NCBI RefSeq assembly: GCF_006345805.1
Contig: NC_043014.1
Span: 27,900,001-27,964,000, forward strand
From: Octopus sinensis
Taxonomy: Eukaryota
DNA length: 64,000 nucleotides
Reading direction: 5' to 3'
Made by a program: the position numbers and the translations under genes. This document shows positions 13,171 to 26,833 of this stretch, in pieces. The notes beneath the pieces were generated by a model, which saw only the letters and a list, made by a program, of their open reading frames with translations, searched no databases and was not told the DNA's origin. Position 1 is the first letter of the stretch. Every line of letters begins with the position of its first letter.

Positions 13171-15269
13171 ATAAACACAATAATAATAACAATAATAATA
13201 ATAATAATAATAATAATGGCAGCAATTAAGAAAATTTTGATTATATTATGAATTCTTCAAATTATTCTTATGATTTTCTTTTTTCATGTTCTCTTACAAA
13301 CCAAGTAGAGAATAAGGTTTTGATTCCTGGTTGTAACCATATCATTTTACTAAAAATGCTAATGACTTTGAATTTCACACAATCTCATATTTGTCTTTCT
13401 ATTCTCAACAATTGAGCTTTTAGTGATAAGGTCAATTTTACACTTTTTATCAAAAATAAATCAATATAAAGTGTATATATGAGCATGTGTGTGTATATAT
13501 ATGTTTGTATATATATATATAAGATTGTTTTTATTTATAGTTATATATAAAAACACTCACTCATTGGTTGAAGAAGGCTCACTCAATACATTTAGGTAAA
13601 GTATCACATTTAGTTTTACAATGAAAAGGTTGACTAACTTTAAAGATTCCCTGTTGTTGGCTTTGTCAGGCAGTCTGAGGAAGCCAATGACATCAAAGCA
13701 GCAAAAGCACAGCGAACCTTTCCTTTGTAACAATGTGTGTGTGTGTGTGTATGTGTGTGTGTAGAACAAATAGATATGCTGAAAGGTAAAAAAAATCAAA
13801 TTTAGCAAAACTTAAAAAAGTGAATAAATAAAATAAAGTATAATCAATCAGTTAAATATATTCCAATAAAATTATTTTGTCAGCTTACCATTAATCTTGT
13901 AACAGAAAAGATTGGAAAGACATTTGAGATTCATTAAAAGGACTTAGAAGGAAAAAGATTACAAAAAAAAAATGAAAATGAAAATATGAGCAAGAATGGT
14001 TGTGTGCACTATAAGACTTCAAACCTAATTATTATAGTCACACCAGATTCTACAAGATCTCAACAGTTGAAAGATCAATTGTAAGAAGAGCAGACACCTT
14101 TAAAACCAAAAGTTCCAATAATTTGTAAATTTTGAAATATGCAAAATCTGTCCCATACATGCTTGGGAGCAAGAACAAAAAGATGTTTGTAAAACAGTAT
14201 CAGTGTATTTAACTAAATCAGAAACATAACAGTTTTCTATCCAAGTAAACATCATTCACACATATTTCATGGCCATACCAGTGCATCCATCTTAACAATA
14301 ACAACAATACCTATCCAATGGATCATACTTAAAACTTGTTTTTCCAATCTGAGATATTCACAATGCCTTCTGTTCAAAATTATAAATAACTTCATGTTTT
14401 TGATGCATGTGTGTGTGTGTAAGAGAGATAGACAGACAGACAGACAGGCAGAGAGACAGAGACAGTGAATGTGTGTGTCCGTATGTGCAAAGATAAATTG
14501 GGGAAAATAAATGAATTTTTAAAAATTACCTAGCTAAATACATTAATATTAAGCTGGAGTAATTTATTCCAAGTAAAACATAAGTGGTTTAGTAGTGTCA
14601 TGTTAATTTATAATTCTTCAAATTTGCTAAATTTTCCAATCCACTAAAATCTACATAAACTAGCATGAGTCAATAAGCATCCCTACATGGTATTTTGGCC
14701 AATTAAGAAATAGCAGTTGAATCTTCCTCAAATCACACCCAACTATCTCAAGAAGAGGGAAGGCTCACTGGACTCTGTAGTTGAGTGAGGCTGTAAACAA
14801 CAGGACCCTTATGTAGTACATAGCAGTACCACTGTTGGCTTTGATAGCCATGGGTACATTATGTCTGAATAAAAAAATGGAATGGTCACATATGGAATGC
14901 TTGATCTGGGCAAACCTTGAGTGAGGAATAAACGACAACCTACTCTTGCATAAAATAATAAATACAAGAAAATGTTTTAAATTATGTAAAAGAAAAGCTG
15001 GAGGTAAAGGGTAAAAAATAAAATTCTCTTTTGCTTTCTTAATGCAAAGAGTGAAGAGGTCGAGCATACCTAAATGAACAAGTAACTAATAAATTCCTTG
15101 ACTGCAACAAGTTCACTACGTCATATATATAGCGATAAATCTCATTTGGAGGACAACTGAAGAATTTGTGGTTTTGTTTAGCATGAAAGAGGGTTGTGGG
15201 AGAAGTCAATGTGGGGAAAATCATCACAATCATTATCGTCACTACCAACATCAGTATCATTAACATTCT

Positions 15270-15495
15270 TATTTCTTTACTACCCACAAGGGGCTACACA
15301 CAGAGGGGACAAACAAGGACAGACAAATGGATTAAGTCAATTATATCGACCCCAGTGCATAACTGGTACTTACTTAATCAACCCCAAAAGGAGGAAAGGC
15401 AAAGCTGACCTCGGCGGAATTTGAACTCAGAACGTAAAGACAGACGAAATACCGCTAAGCATTTCGCCCGGCGTGCTCACGTTTCTGCCAGCTCA
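15270..15495 (-). mobile_element. Young copy of the Nin/MESC-core tRNA-derived SINE
   Basis: Minus strand TGAGCTGGCAGAAACGT (box A) and GAGTTCAAATTCCGCC (box B); retains many CpGs. Confidence 0.85.
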
Positions 15496-15683
15496 TTAAC
15501 ATTCTTGGCATAGAAAACAAACAAGTGGGGTTGCTTGTGTAATTCCCTTGGCTTGCTCATTGTAACAGCCAAATCTCCCTCAACTAACTGCTGATGAATG
15601 TCTTTTGAATGAAGGAGTGGGGAATTATGTATGTAAGATTTAAAATAAAAAATAAAAACAATAAAAAGACAAAGATGACCAAT

Positions 15684-15860
15684 TATTTACATTATTTACA
15701 TTTGATGGATATTTGTCCTCATTTTGTTTGCTGTTAACACAATGTTTCGGCTGATATACCCTCCAGCCGAAACGTTGTGTTAACAACATACAAGATGAGG
15801 ACAAATATCCATCAAATATAAATAATGTAAATAATTCCTCATCTCTTAAATATAGAACTG
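15684..15860. mobile_element. Penelope-like (PLE)-derived palindromic insertion with 13-bp target-site duplication
   Basis: 73-bp arms (15681-15753 and 15764-15836, 5 mismatches) around a 10-nt loop; centre GTTTCGGCTG...CAGCCGAAAC; direct repeat AAAGATGACCAAT at 15671-15683 and 15861-15873. Confidence 0.6.
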
Positions 15861-16355
15861 AAAGATGACCAATGTTAAAGATATTGATGAAAACTACTCC
15901 TCTGATTAAACTTTGCTCTCACAGAAGTAATCAAAGCAACAAATGACAACTGCAGCAGTAGCAGCCACCACCACTATTGTCATCATAAATATAGCTTTAT
16001 GGTTGTATTATAACTGTCGTGAATCTTCATTAAAATTCTCAAGAAGCAAAACTGACAGATAATAAACTCTTGAAATAAAAGAATTATAAGAAAGACATTT
16101 GCATTTCAGAATGATTTTGATGGCCATTGTTTAGTTGCAGGTCAGCCTTAATTGAGCAGACATATGAATAAAGAAAATCCAGCCATAACTCACCATTTTT
16201 GCAATCATATCATATATAACAGATCTATATTATGCAAGTGTTCTTTTTTTAATTTATGAGTTGTGATTTGAGGGAGATTTGTCTGCTTGTTTTAGCATTT
16301 AAAGTGATTACATAATAGTGTGATTCAATCAATGTAAGAAAAAAAAACTGTTTAA

Positions 16356-16568
16356 CTCTTTAGCATTTAAAACAGCCATATGTAACCAAAATATTCTACC
16401 TATTTTATGTTCAAACTGATTAGATCCAGCCTCTCACACCTACCCTACAATGCCATTCTAAAAGTATATAAATACATCATTGAAATCTTGAAGCTATGAG
16501 ATAATGATTAATTAAAAATAAAGTGAATAAATAAGCATTATTTTCAGAGTAATCTGAGCACTAAAGGG
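16356..16568. mobile_element. piggyBac-type MITE
   Basis: TTAA flanks at 16352-16355 and 16569-16572; termini C(T)CTTTAG...CTAAAGGG; a homologous copy lies at about 55724-55922. Confidence 0.65.
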
Positions 16569-19500
16569 TTAAAATTTCATTTATAACTAATTAAAAAAGT
16601 TGATTAATTATGCTAATTACTTTATATCAGGATTTTTTAAAGAGTGATTGATGTCTATACTGATGGAAAGATGGAATGTCTATGCTTTTTTTCCAAGAGC
16701 ATTACTATATTAGAAGATGTGGTGGTAAATGGCTTTCCCTAAGATGTGAAACCGCATGATGGTCAGTGTTCATGACAGCACTGATTAATATTATTGGTTG
16801 ACTGAGACAACTGGACATCTCTCATTCACAATACTTTTCAATAATTTGGTAAAAACATAAACCAAAAATCTTTTATTTCATAGAGCTCTAAAATCTGTTA
16901 AACGAAGCTGGAAGATGTATTAATGTTACACAAAAAACTTCAAATGCAGTCTTTTGTACTGCATAACTACTACTACTACTCCCGCTGCTGCTGCTACTGC
17001 CGATGATGATGATGATAATTTCTAATTTTGTTACAAGGCTAGTAGTTTTGAGGGGAAGATTAGGTGACACTGTAAACTCCAGTATTTCAGTGGTATTTTA
17101 TTTGATTAACCCTGAAAGGACTAAAGGCAAAGTTGACCTTGGCTGTATTTGAAATCAGAACATAAGGAGTTAGAAGAAATATCACAAAACATTTTACCAA
17201 CACTCTAACAACACTGCCAATTCAAATCCATATAAACAATAATTTACTTAAACTAATTTTGACTTATGAGCCCAATATTTCATACACAAACTCATAAAGT
17301 GAGGTAAGAAGATAAACTGAAACTGGACAGGAGTCAGTTTGTTGAGAAGTTATTGCTTCTCAACTGTATTCATGAATAATACTGATATTACTGATTTCTT
17401 CATCAACAAGAGATAATGATAATGATGATGATTTGTTTGAAATCATCTATGTGTCTGTTTTATACACACACACACACACACACACATATAGCTTATGCAC
17501 AACAATACTATTAACCTATGTTGATTAATAGTATTAACAATACTATTAATCAACATACATATGCTTCAGAATAAAGTATTAGTCAAGTGTAATATGAAAT
17601 TATATAAATGACAAAGGAACAGGAGATGATGCAATGGACTTCATCAGCTTACAGCTGTTTCTGCTACAAGATATACTGCACTTAGTTCTGAGTGCATTGC
17701 ATCTTATAGCAGAAATGGTGGTAAGCTAACAAAGTTCAGTACGTACTTTCCAGTTCCTTTGTCATTTATATAATCTCTCTCACACACACACACACACACA
17801 TTTTATATACATACATACATTACATACCTGCATGCATGTATACACACATGCATAGATACATATACATTATCGATACTATTTTATCATCACTATATGATGA
17901 AAGGTCATGTAAAATTCAGGATTTGAATTCTGAACAGTGAGAATTAAGCTACATAAACTAAGGCATCCAATCTGAGATTCTGCTGTCGTAGTCATGTCAA
18001 AAAACAAAAAAAAAACATTGGGAATATCTGCTGTGCATAAAACATAAGGACAGTGTCCAAAAACAGGTGTATTATTTGTAGGATATCCCTCCTATGACCA
18101 AAAAACTGTATCACATCCCATGGAGTTGTGGCAGGGAACATAAAGGTGGAACTATTCACTCTCATAAAGTAAGATTAGAAGAACATTGTGAAGTCCTAAT
18201 CCCTGGGAATACAGAATAAAAACGGGCAAGCTGGTCATTTGTGCTTGGGGAAAGGAAGCCATCAACCCTTGTAGAACAAAGTTAAGATAATAAATAAGGA
18301 ATGACTCAGAAAGGTAAGATGACTTAAAGAACCACAGCGCATGTCTTGAAAACCTCCTCAGTAGACTTAGCATGAATATGAGCAGAACATGGAGGCCTTT
18401 AATAAATAACACAAGACTGATGGCAATTAAAAAAAAAAGGTTAGTTTCAATTTCCATTATTGAATTATCCTTTGGGATAATGGAATAGTCAATATAAAAA
18501 TTAAGTTTATCTGATGAGTGTGATTCAATCCCCAAATCACTCTCTCTCTCTTTCTACACACACACACACACGGAGTTCAAGTGGAATGAGCAGGCATCAC
18601 AAAGACATAAACTAGGAGAACATCCTTAGCAGGGAGAATAGAATTAGAGTTTGACTTGAAAATTTGAGAAAGTTACAGCATACTACAGGCACAGAAGAAA
18701 GCAAGAGGATACAACAATCAAGACAAAGTCACTAGTTTGATTATATCAATATGTAGTAATGGTTTCAAATTTTGACACTAGGCCAGCAATTTCGGGTGAG
18801 GGTTAAGTCAATTACATTGACCCCAGGGCTCAACTGGTACTCATTTTATCGACCCTGAAAGGATGAAAGGCAAAGTCGGCCTTGGCAACCTTTGAACTCA
18901 GAATGTAAAGTCAGAAGAAATACTGCTAAGCATTTTGTCCAATGCACTAATGATTCTGCCAGCTTGCTGTCTTATATCAATATGTAATAATGATAATTCC
19001 TCCTCTCAGAAATTCATAGCAAATTAATGACTTGTATGGTGAAGAAATGAAATATCAGAATACAGCTGAAGCTGTTAAATCACAGTGTATATTCATATTT
19101 CCATATGTATTCTCTTTTAGGGGTAAAGTATTTTATATATATATAGCTTAAAGAAAGTGGGGGAAAAGTACTACATTTGTGGAAGAGAAGTGCAGTGTAT
19201 GTATATCTTATATTGTGAAGAGTAGCTTATGTATAATTTTATTGGAGTGTGGAGCAATGTGTATATATTTTGTGATATGAAGAGCAGTGTGTGTATACTT
19301 CATTGAAGTCCACTGGCACTATGTATATATAGGGGTCAGGATCGCATAGCTTTCAGGCAACATTGGTTAGCAACACTCTACAAAAGCAATTTCCTCAAAC
19401 AAATCACTGCAACTTATCAAAACAAATATTTGCCATATGTCTGATAGAATGGTAGGATTTGGAAAGATAAATGGCTAAAGTAGATAAGAGTGTGTGTATG

Positions 19501-20441
19501 TGTGTAGAGAGAGATACAAACACATACATTACACTCATTGAGAAATGCCTTAGAATTAAAAGTAAAAAATGGACAGGTGAAGGCAAGGGATGGAATAAGA
19601 GAAGCTTGTAACAATTGTTTCTAACATAGACACAAGGCTTCAAATTTTTAGGAAGAAGGTTAGTTAGTTCAAATAACCATAACATGTGACTGGTACACTG
19701 AATTACCAATCCAGCAAGGATAAAAGATATAGTCAACCTAAGTGGGATTTGAACTCAGAATGTAAAGAGCTGTAACTAAACCCTACAAAGTATTGTGTTC
19801 AACACTCTAACGATTCTGCCAGCCCACTGCCCTAGAAACCTGTGATAAAGAAAATTCTACAAAGTCAATTAAAAAGATAAAATGTAATAGCTGGTTTTTT
19901 TTAAAAGTAAATTAATAAAATTAAGAGAGGAAAACTTGATGAAAAATAGTTTAAAATTAATATTACATTTTAAAAACATTAAAAAAAAATTTGTATCTGA
20001 AGGCAGCGCTCCAACATTGTCTTAGCTGTGATAGCTAAAACAAACTACAAATAAAAACTAATCTGAAGTTTCTCTTAAATTTTTGAAATAAAGAAATTGC
20101 AAAAGAGAGTTAAATCTGTTTTAGAAAGATATTTCCAATGCAAGTTGGAAATATAGGAATGGAAACAAAAGTAAAATAATGGTTTACACTTTTAATACTT
20201 CAGGCTATGCATTTTGCACCTGCCCCTTCCACATGCCCATATGTGTGTGTGTGTGCATGCGTGTGTACAGTTCAGACCTAAGCTTGTACTCCTGATACAG
20301 GATTTCTAAATCCGAAATACTGAAATATAAGGTAAAAATGTAAATTATTGCTTTTGTTTTACATTTTTACATTTGTTTTCATCTCTAATATTTCTAACTT
20401 GCATTCTAGTAGCTTTCTTGAAACACTTTTAAGAAAACATC

Positions 20442-20472
<31 letters not shown>

Positions 20473-20785
20473 CTATATATATATATATATATTCTTGTTC
20501 TTCAGGAATTTTTAAAAATAAAAGTAAAAAAGTGTGAAGTAAAATGTTGTAGGTAGGGGGAGGATGGGAACCACAGTCCAATATTATTTTTTGTTTGGAG
20601 ACAGGTAAATCTCTAAATGAAGTTGTAAACAACAATTAGATTTTTATCTGTTAACAATGTTGGTATTTTAGAAATTTTACATAAAAAAACAACAAAAAAA
20701 AAAGTCACAGAGTAGATATAGACATAAATAATTTAACATTATATTAGATTTAAAATTTTAAGAAAATAATAAAACTAATAAAATG

Positions 20786-21446
20786 TTATTGTTGGTGTTC
20801 TTGGTTCCAGTCTAAAAAACCTACTGTGCGACCAGGAGGGAGAGCTTTACAAGTCATACAGTTTGCACGTAACTTCTGGATACAGTAGGCAGGTATATGC
20901 CACTTGTCCATTATCAATATGGTCTGCATATTGTTCGTCTCCGTGCTGTTAGTGTATGATGCTGATGACGACACAAGGCGTGCCCCATGTGCACGCACTA
21001 ACTCACCAATTTCGACCCGTGTCAAGTAGTAGATATCCTGCAGTTCAAAGCAGCCTTTCCCTAGATACCAGATATGACCAGTTGTGCTCTTGTGTGGGTG
21101 GTAGTCTGTCTGTTTGACTGTCTCCACTAAACACTGCAGCACACCGTAATCATCTGGGCTAAGAGGTAATACCTTGATAATATCAATATGTCCAATGAGC
21201 TGGAGGTTCTTGAAGTTTGCCTGCACACCATTGTGCTCTAAAACATCAAGGAAATAGCCATCAGAATCACAGCAAGTCGGTAACATTTTCACTATATTCT
21301 CCTCATGGCGTCGAGTAATTTCAAGGCCTATTTCTTCCTTCAGACTAGGAATTTGATAAAAGTCTACTTCATCACTAAGTTGCTGTAATTCTACCAGACT
21401 ATCAGGCAGGTGAATTTTACTTGTACGAAGAAAATTTAAAATATAT
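20786..21446 (-). CDS. KCTD6/11/21-like BTB/POZ (T1) protein, terminal exon
   Basis: Polypyrimidine tract and ttccag|A acceptor; continues the BTB domain (R)YILNFLRTSKIHLPDSLVELQQLSDEVDFYQIPSL, then a C-terminal domain of about 170 aa to TAA. The 661 bp are consistent with the phase-2 intron. Confidence 0.9.
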
Positions 21447-22035
21447 CTGGAAAGTAAAAAAAAAAAAAAAAAAAACATTTAACAAAGTGATTAAAAGATG
21501 AATACAAAGTAAAATGCAACAAAAAAAATAGAAAGAGAATAAAATAAATCCTTGCAAGAAAATAGAGAATGATGGAATATTAACAAGTGGAATTGGAAAG
21601 TAACGGAGCGAAATAATGAGAGGGTAGGTAGAGAAAGAAAAAGAGAGAAAGAGGAAATTGAATTTTAACAGTTGTAATAGCAAAAGTTGTTGTCAGACAC
21701 GTATAACCATAGAACTAGTTGATGGAATAAAAACAATAGACACTGTAGTAGTAATGAATGCAGACAACTATTAACATAATCTTCATATTTACAAAGTTCT
21801 GAAGACTACAAATGGAACTATCCCAGCATATAACATGAAAGCTTTCAAATATACTATCCTCTCTTTTTAGTCTCACCTTCAACAATGTAATGAGCCTTTG
21901 AATGGCCTAGTGGACCACATTTTGAACTCTATCAACAAGGTGGTTGTTCATGAATATAAGAAAAATATACAGAGAGTGACTGTCATAAGTTTTATGGTAA
22001 CACTGTAAAACAACTATGTAAAAATCAATGTAAGC

Positions 22036-23320
22036 TACAGGGAGGGGCAGAGAGGATGGACATTTTTGAAAAATTCACAAAATCAGTAATTTTAGCTGCA
22101 AACAAATTTTAATGACATCGTTAAATCAAGTGAGGAAAACAGCATCCATCATCTGGTGTCCGTTTTCATTAATGCATTTCTGAAGGCTTTCTTGGAAGTT
22201 GGCCTCCACTCTCTCTCCAGCATTGCTCTGTCAAGTTGGGCAACTTCCATATGAACAGCTTCCTTCAAATCATCCTGTGTACAGGGCTAATGTGCATACA
22301 CACATGCCTTAAAGTTTCCCCACAAGAAATAATCACCCATGGACAAATCAGGGGACCAAAGAATGTCAGCAAACCTGGAAATGAGGTGGCCACTGAAGAG
22401 AGGTCGAAGAACGTCCATTGATCTCTGGCTGTGTAGACTGTCACCCTATCCAGCTGAAACCACACATCTCAAATAGGTACATGTTTTCGTCATAATTCAA
22501 GTACAAAGAAGTTGTTTATCCCCTTGATGTAACACTCAGAGTTCACAGTAACAGCATTTCCATTATTGTCTTAAAAAAAGTAAGGACCAATGACGGTAGC
22601 TTTTCCAGCAGCACACCAAACTGTCACTTTTAGGCTGTGGTCTTTCATGCAGTTCTCTTGGATTTTCAAGAGCCCAGTAACGACAGTTCTGTTGATTCAC
22701 CATGCCATTGAAATGAAATTGAGCTTCATCACTCATTAACAAAATGAGGTTGTCATTTGCCTCAAAAATTGTTTCTATCTGATGTGTGAAGTTAAGCCAT
22801 TGTGCATAGTCCCATGGTTTCAACTGTTGCCGAATGACCAGTTTATATGAGTGGAAATGCAGGACTTCATGCAAAATATGCCTTACTGATCGATTACTGA
22901 TGCCAAGTTCAGTGGAATGCATGCAAGCAGAGTGATTCAGACTCTGTATCAAAGCTTGTCTGACACATTCCACACTTTCTGGGTCCCATACTATTCATAG
23001 CACTCCCACCGGTCTCCTATTCATTAGGGTACCTTGTGTACGAAGTGCATTCACCCAATGTAAGATTATATTACGGGTGGGAACAGCCTGACTTCGGTGA
23101 ACATTGAAGTAGCACCGAAACTCACACTGAACTGCTGTGACAGACTTCACATAACTGTTGTAGGCAAATATGTGATGCTCTGTCATCCACAGTGCCATGG
23201 CTTCATCTAAAAAGAAAAAAATGCTAAGACACCATGGACTGAATGGTACCTGTCAGACATATGTCCCACCCCCTGGGGCTGAGTAATGGCCATTTCAAAA
23301 ACGTCCATCCTCTCTGCCTT
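22036..23320 (-). mobile_element. Tc1/mariner rosa-type (DD41D) transposon, degenerate
   Basis: Inverted repeats GGCAGAGAGGATGGAC(A/G)TTTTTGAAA at 22046-22071 and 23293-23318. Broken frames give an N-terminal HTH (SVTAVQCEFR...WV), MSDEAQFHFNGMVNQQNCRYWA and MWFQLD..TVYTAR. Confidence 0.8.
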
Positions 23321-24234
23321 GCATCAGCATGGCCGCAGCTCTGAGTGGAAACTTTAAAAAAATAAATAAATTTTTTAAATATTTAAAAAAAAACAGATAA
23401 AAAGGAGATCAAAAAATCCAAGCTGGATCTTCAGTAAGCACTCCTGTGAATACTGGCTATAAAGTGTATAGAGTGTATATCTGAGGATGGCTTATCTTAA
23501 AGAAATCTACTTTTGCATTACATAATGACTACCTTATTGCATAAGCTTTACCAATGTATATTCATTACTCTGAACAAGGATAGCACTTTGTGATCTTAAG
23601 ATGATTAGACAAAATAGAGACCAGACCAGAATGGGCCATAGCAGGCAAGGATATACCAAACAAGAGCAAAATAGACAAGGCCAGGCCAAAACTGATAAGC
23701 CAGGTAAAGAGAGATCAAGGTAAGATTTAACTGGCAGAAATTTAACATTGGATATGTGCTGAGAAGTCTTTTACTTCCAGTGCTGCCTGTAGCCATGGTA
23801 AGCAGGTTCTTACTGTGCATTATAAGTTTCCCATGCTTTAACTTCTTTTTACACCCTCCACTACATCTTTTGTCTGGGCTGAACACTTGTTCCATTGTTA
23901 CTGTTTAGTCCCAGGTCAGCCATGACTGAGCTGATTAATGAACAAAGACACTTCAGTCATAACTCTTCTATTTTCTAAGTTTTGTTTATCTAGAATTGTC
24001 CAAAATGTCCCTTTTCTAATGCAGTCAAAGGAGATTTGGCTGTTATTTCTAACAGGTCAAACATACAGTGGCTAGCTTGTTAGCTCAACTTAAACCATTA
24101 TTCAATGGCAAACTTTCAATACAGAATAAATTTCTGAATTCTAAAACAAAAAATAAGATATACAAAAATACTCAAAGCTGGGAATAATTTTAAAAATGAA
24201 GCCAACAAAGAAACTTAGACTTAATAAAACTTAC

Positions 24235-24423
24235 CGAAACAGTTTTCCATCTCGATCAATAAAGTAGTTTCCATCTTTGTCTTTGGCTGAAGGCAAGTCA
24301 CCTTCAAACATACGAGCTAGCATTGATTCTGAGTAGCTGACCAATGTGAGATAAGAGGTAGTGTAAATCACCCCACCTACATTCAGGTTGACAGGGTCAG
24401 AGCTTTTTCTGCCATTGTTAAGT
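24235..24423 (-). CDS. KCTD-like BTB protein, exon encoding the N-terminal BTB half
   Basis: tttgaag|A acceptor and CG|gtaag donor. The 189 bp translate LNNGRKSSDPVNLNVGGVIYTTSYLTLVSYSESMLARMFEGDLPSAKDKDGNYFIDRDGKLFR, a canonical KCTD BTB (LNVGG, FIDRDG). Not in the supplied ORF track. Confidence 0.92.
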
Positions 24424-26550
24424 CTTCAAATAGAGAAACAAAACAAAACGGTCAAATATTTAATTATAGATTAGTGTTGACATTATAATTTCAAACTGCT
24501 GCAAATGATGATGATGAAGGCAAAGTTAACTCTCAGCAGGAGTAATTTTGCCTTTCATCCACTTGAGGATTAGTAAAACAGCTAGGACAAATACTGTATT
24601 TTGCCTGATGCGCTAGTAATTTATACCAATCCGTTGACGAAATAATAATAATTTCTAATTTAGGTACAAGGCCACCATTTTTGAAGGGAGAGGATCAGTA
24701 AATTACATCAACCTCAGTACTTGATTGGTATTTAATTTTATTGGCCACAAAAGGTTGAACAGCAAAAGTGACCTTGACAGGATTTGAACTCAGAACATAA
24801 AGAGCTGTAACTAGATAATGCAAACCATTTTATCTGATACTCTAATCATTCTGCTGTCCACCACACTTAATTGTTTTTAACATAAATACAAAGCCAGCAG
24901 TTTTGAAGGGGGGTAGGGTTAACCAATAATATCAAATCTAATACTGGACTGGTACTTAATGTTATTGATCCCCAAGAGCAAAGATGGACAAGGCAGGATT
25001 TCAATGCATGGGCACTTTTTTCGAGGTGTTAATGATTCTGCCAATCCTTTCTTACAAATCCACCAATTTGGCTGGTGGGGTAGATTTTTGGTGCATTAGT
25101 CAAATTGACCAATCCAGTACTTGATTATGGTACTTAAAATGTAAAAATGCTTTAACAATTCTACCAATCCAATGTCTTATCAACAAATACAATAATGGCA
25201 GCAATAAACAACAACAACAATCCTAATCCATTGGTCCAGTCAGGTTTTGAAACGAAAATTTGAAAGCAAAATTTTCCAACATAATTTACAAATTAGGACT
25301 TGCTGGAGAGTATATAATACACAGAAGTACACACAAACAGACAGAGGCAAGTACACATATGCACAGAAAAGCCTGCAGATAGAAAACAGACATCTACACT
25401 TAGGCATATACATGTACACAGAGGTAAAGAAACATACATTCAAAATATAGAAGTTAATGATAAAATGTTGGTGAATTACAAAAGACTTAAGTTTTAAAAT
25501 CTTTAGCTTCAAATAATAATAATAATAAAATAAAAATAAAAACCCTCAACTAATTTTTGCTTTAAAACAGCAAAGTATAATCATTGTTTGAGATGTTTAA
25601 CTTGAAATAAGGACTTGGCAAGTATTTTAAGGAAATTCAATTTGAAAAGAATATCTTTTTTTCTATTCTTTTGTTTTGTTTTGTTTTCTTTATTTGTTAT
25701 TTAATCAACTTGTACTCAAACAGGATATAAAGAAAAAAAAACAACAAATAGAAATAAAATATATATATAAAAAAGAGAAATTTTGGCAGAATCAAAATAA
25801 TCTAATGAAACAAAAACAAATTAATAGATTTTGGAATTTGTTCAAAATGTTGAAAAGAAGAACCGTTAATAATGCTACCTGCTTAATTGTTAGCGATTAC
25901 TGACCAACCAAATAGATGGTTAAAGATATCTGCCTAATGAGAAATCAGGATAATAATGAGTGCTTTTGTTAAGCCTGGTACCTATTCTATCAGTTTATTT
26001 TTGCTGAACTGCTAAGTTATAGGGATGTAAACATTCCAACACTGGTTGGTGATGGGAGGAGGGACAAACATAGACACACACAGATATATATATATACAAC
26101 AGGCTTCTTTCAGTTTCCGTCTACCAAATCCATTCACAAGGCCCGAAGCTATAGCAGAAGACTTTGCCCAAGGTGCTATGCAGTGGGACTGAATCCAGAA
26201 CCTTGTGGTTGGGAAGCAAGCTTCATACAGTCACACCTGTCATATTTAGTGACAATGATAGTTTTCCTATCATTAGGCTACAGCCTAATGATATCAACTT
26301 GCAACAGCAATTTTATGGGGTTGTACCAAGATGTGTCAATATAATGTAGGATAAATATAATAATAATGGGATCTTAATGCATTGCTATGCATGTTTCCAC
26401 AAATCACATGTTTCATACAACCATAGCCTGTATTCCTGGGATGATTACAGTACAATCTGTAATATCCATGGACATCAGGTGGATTTTAGTTCACGTGTTC
26501 ATTTCTTCAGGCGATATGGCATTAAAGTTAGAAGTAATGAATGTATAAGT

Positions 26551-26551
<1 letters not shown>

Positions 26552-26612
<61 letters not shown>

Positions 26613-26781
26613 TATATATATACACACATATATATATATATATATACACATATATATATATATATACACATATATATATATATACACATATATATATATA
26701 TACACATATATATATATATATACACATATATATATATATATACACATATATATATATATATACACATATATATATATATAT

Positions 26782-26833
<52 letters not shown>

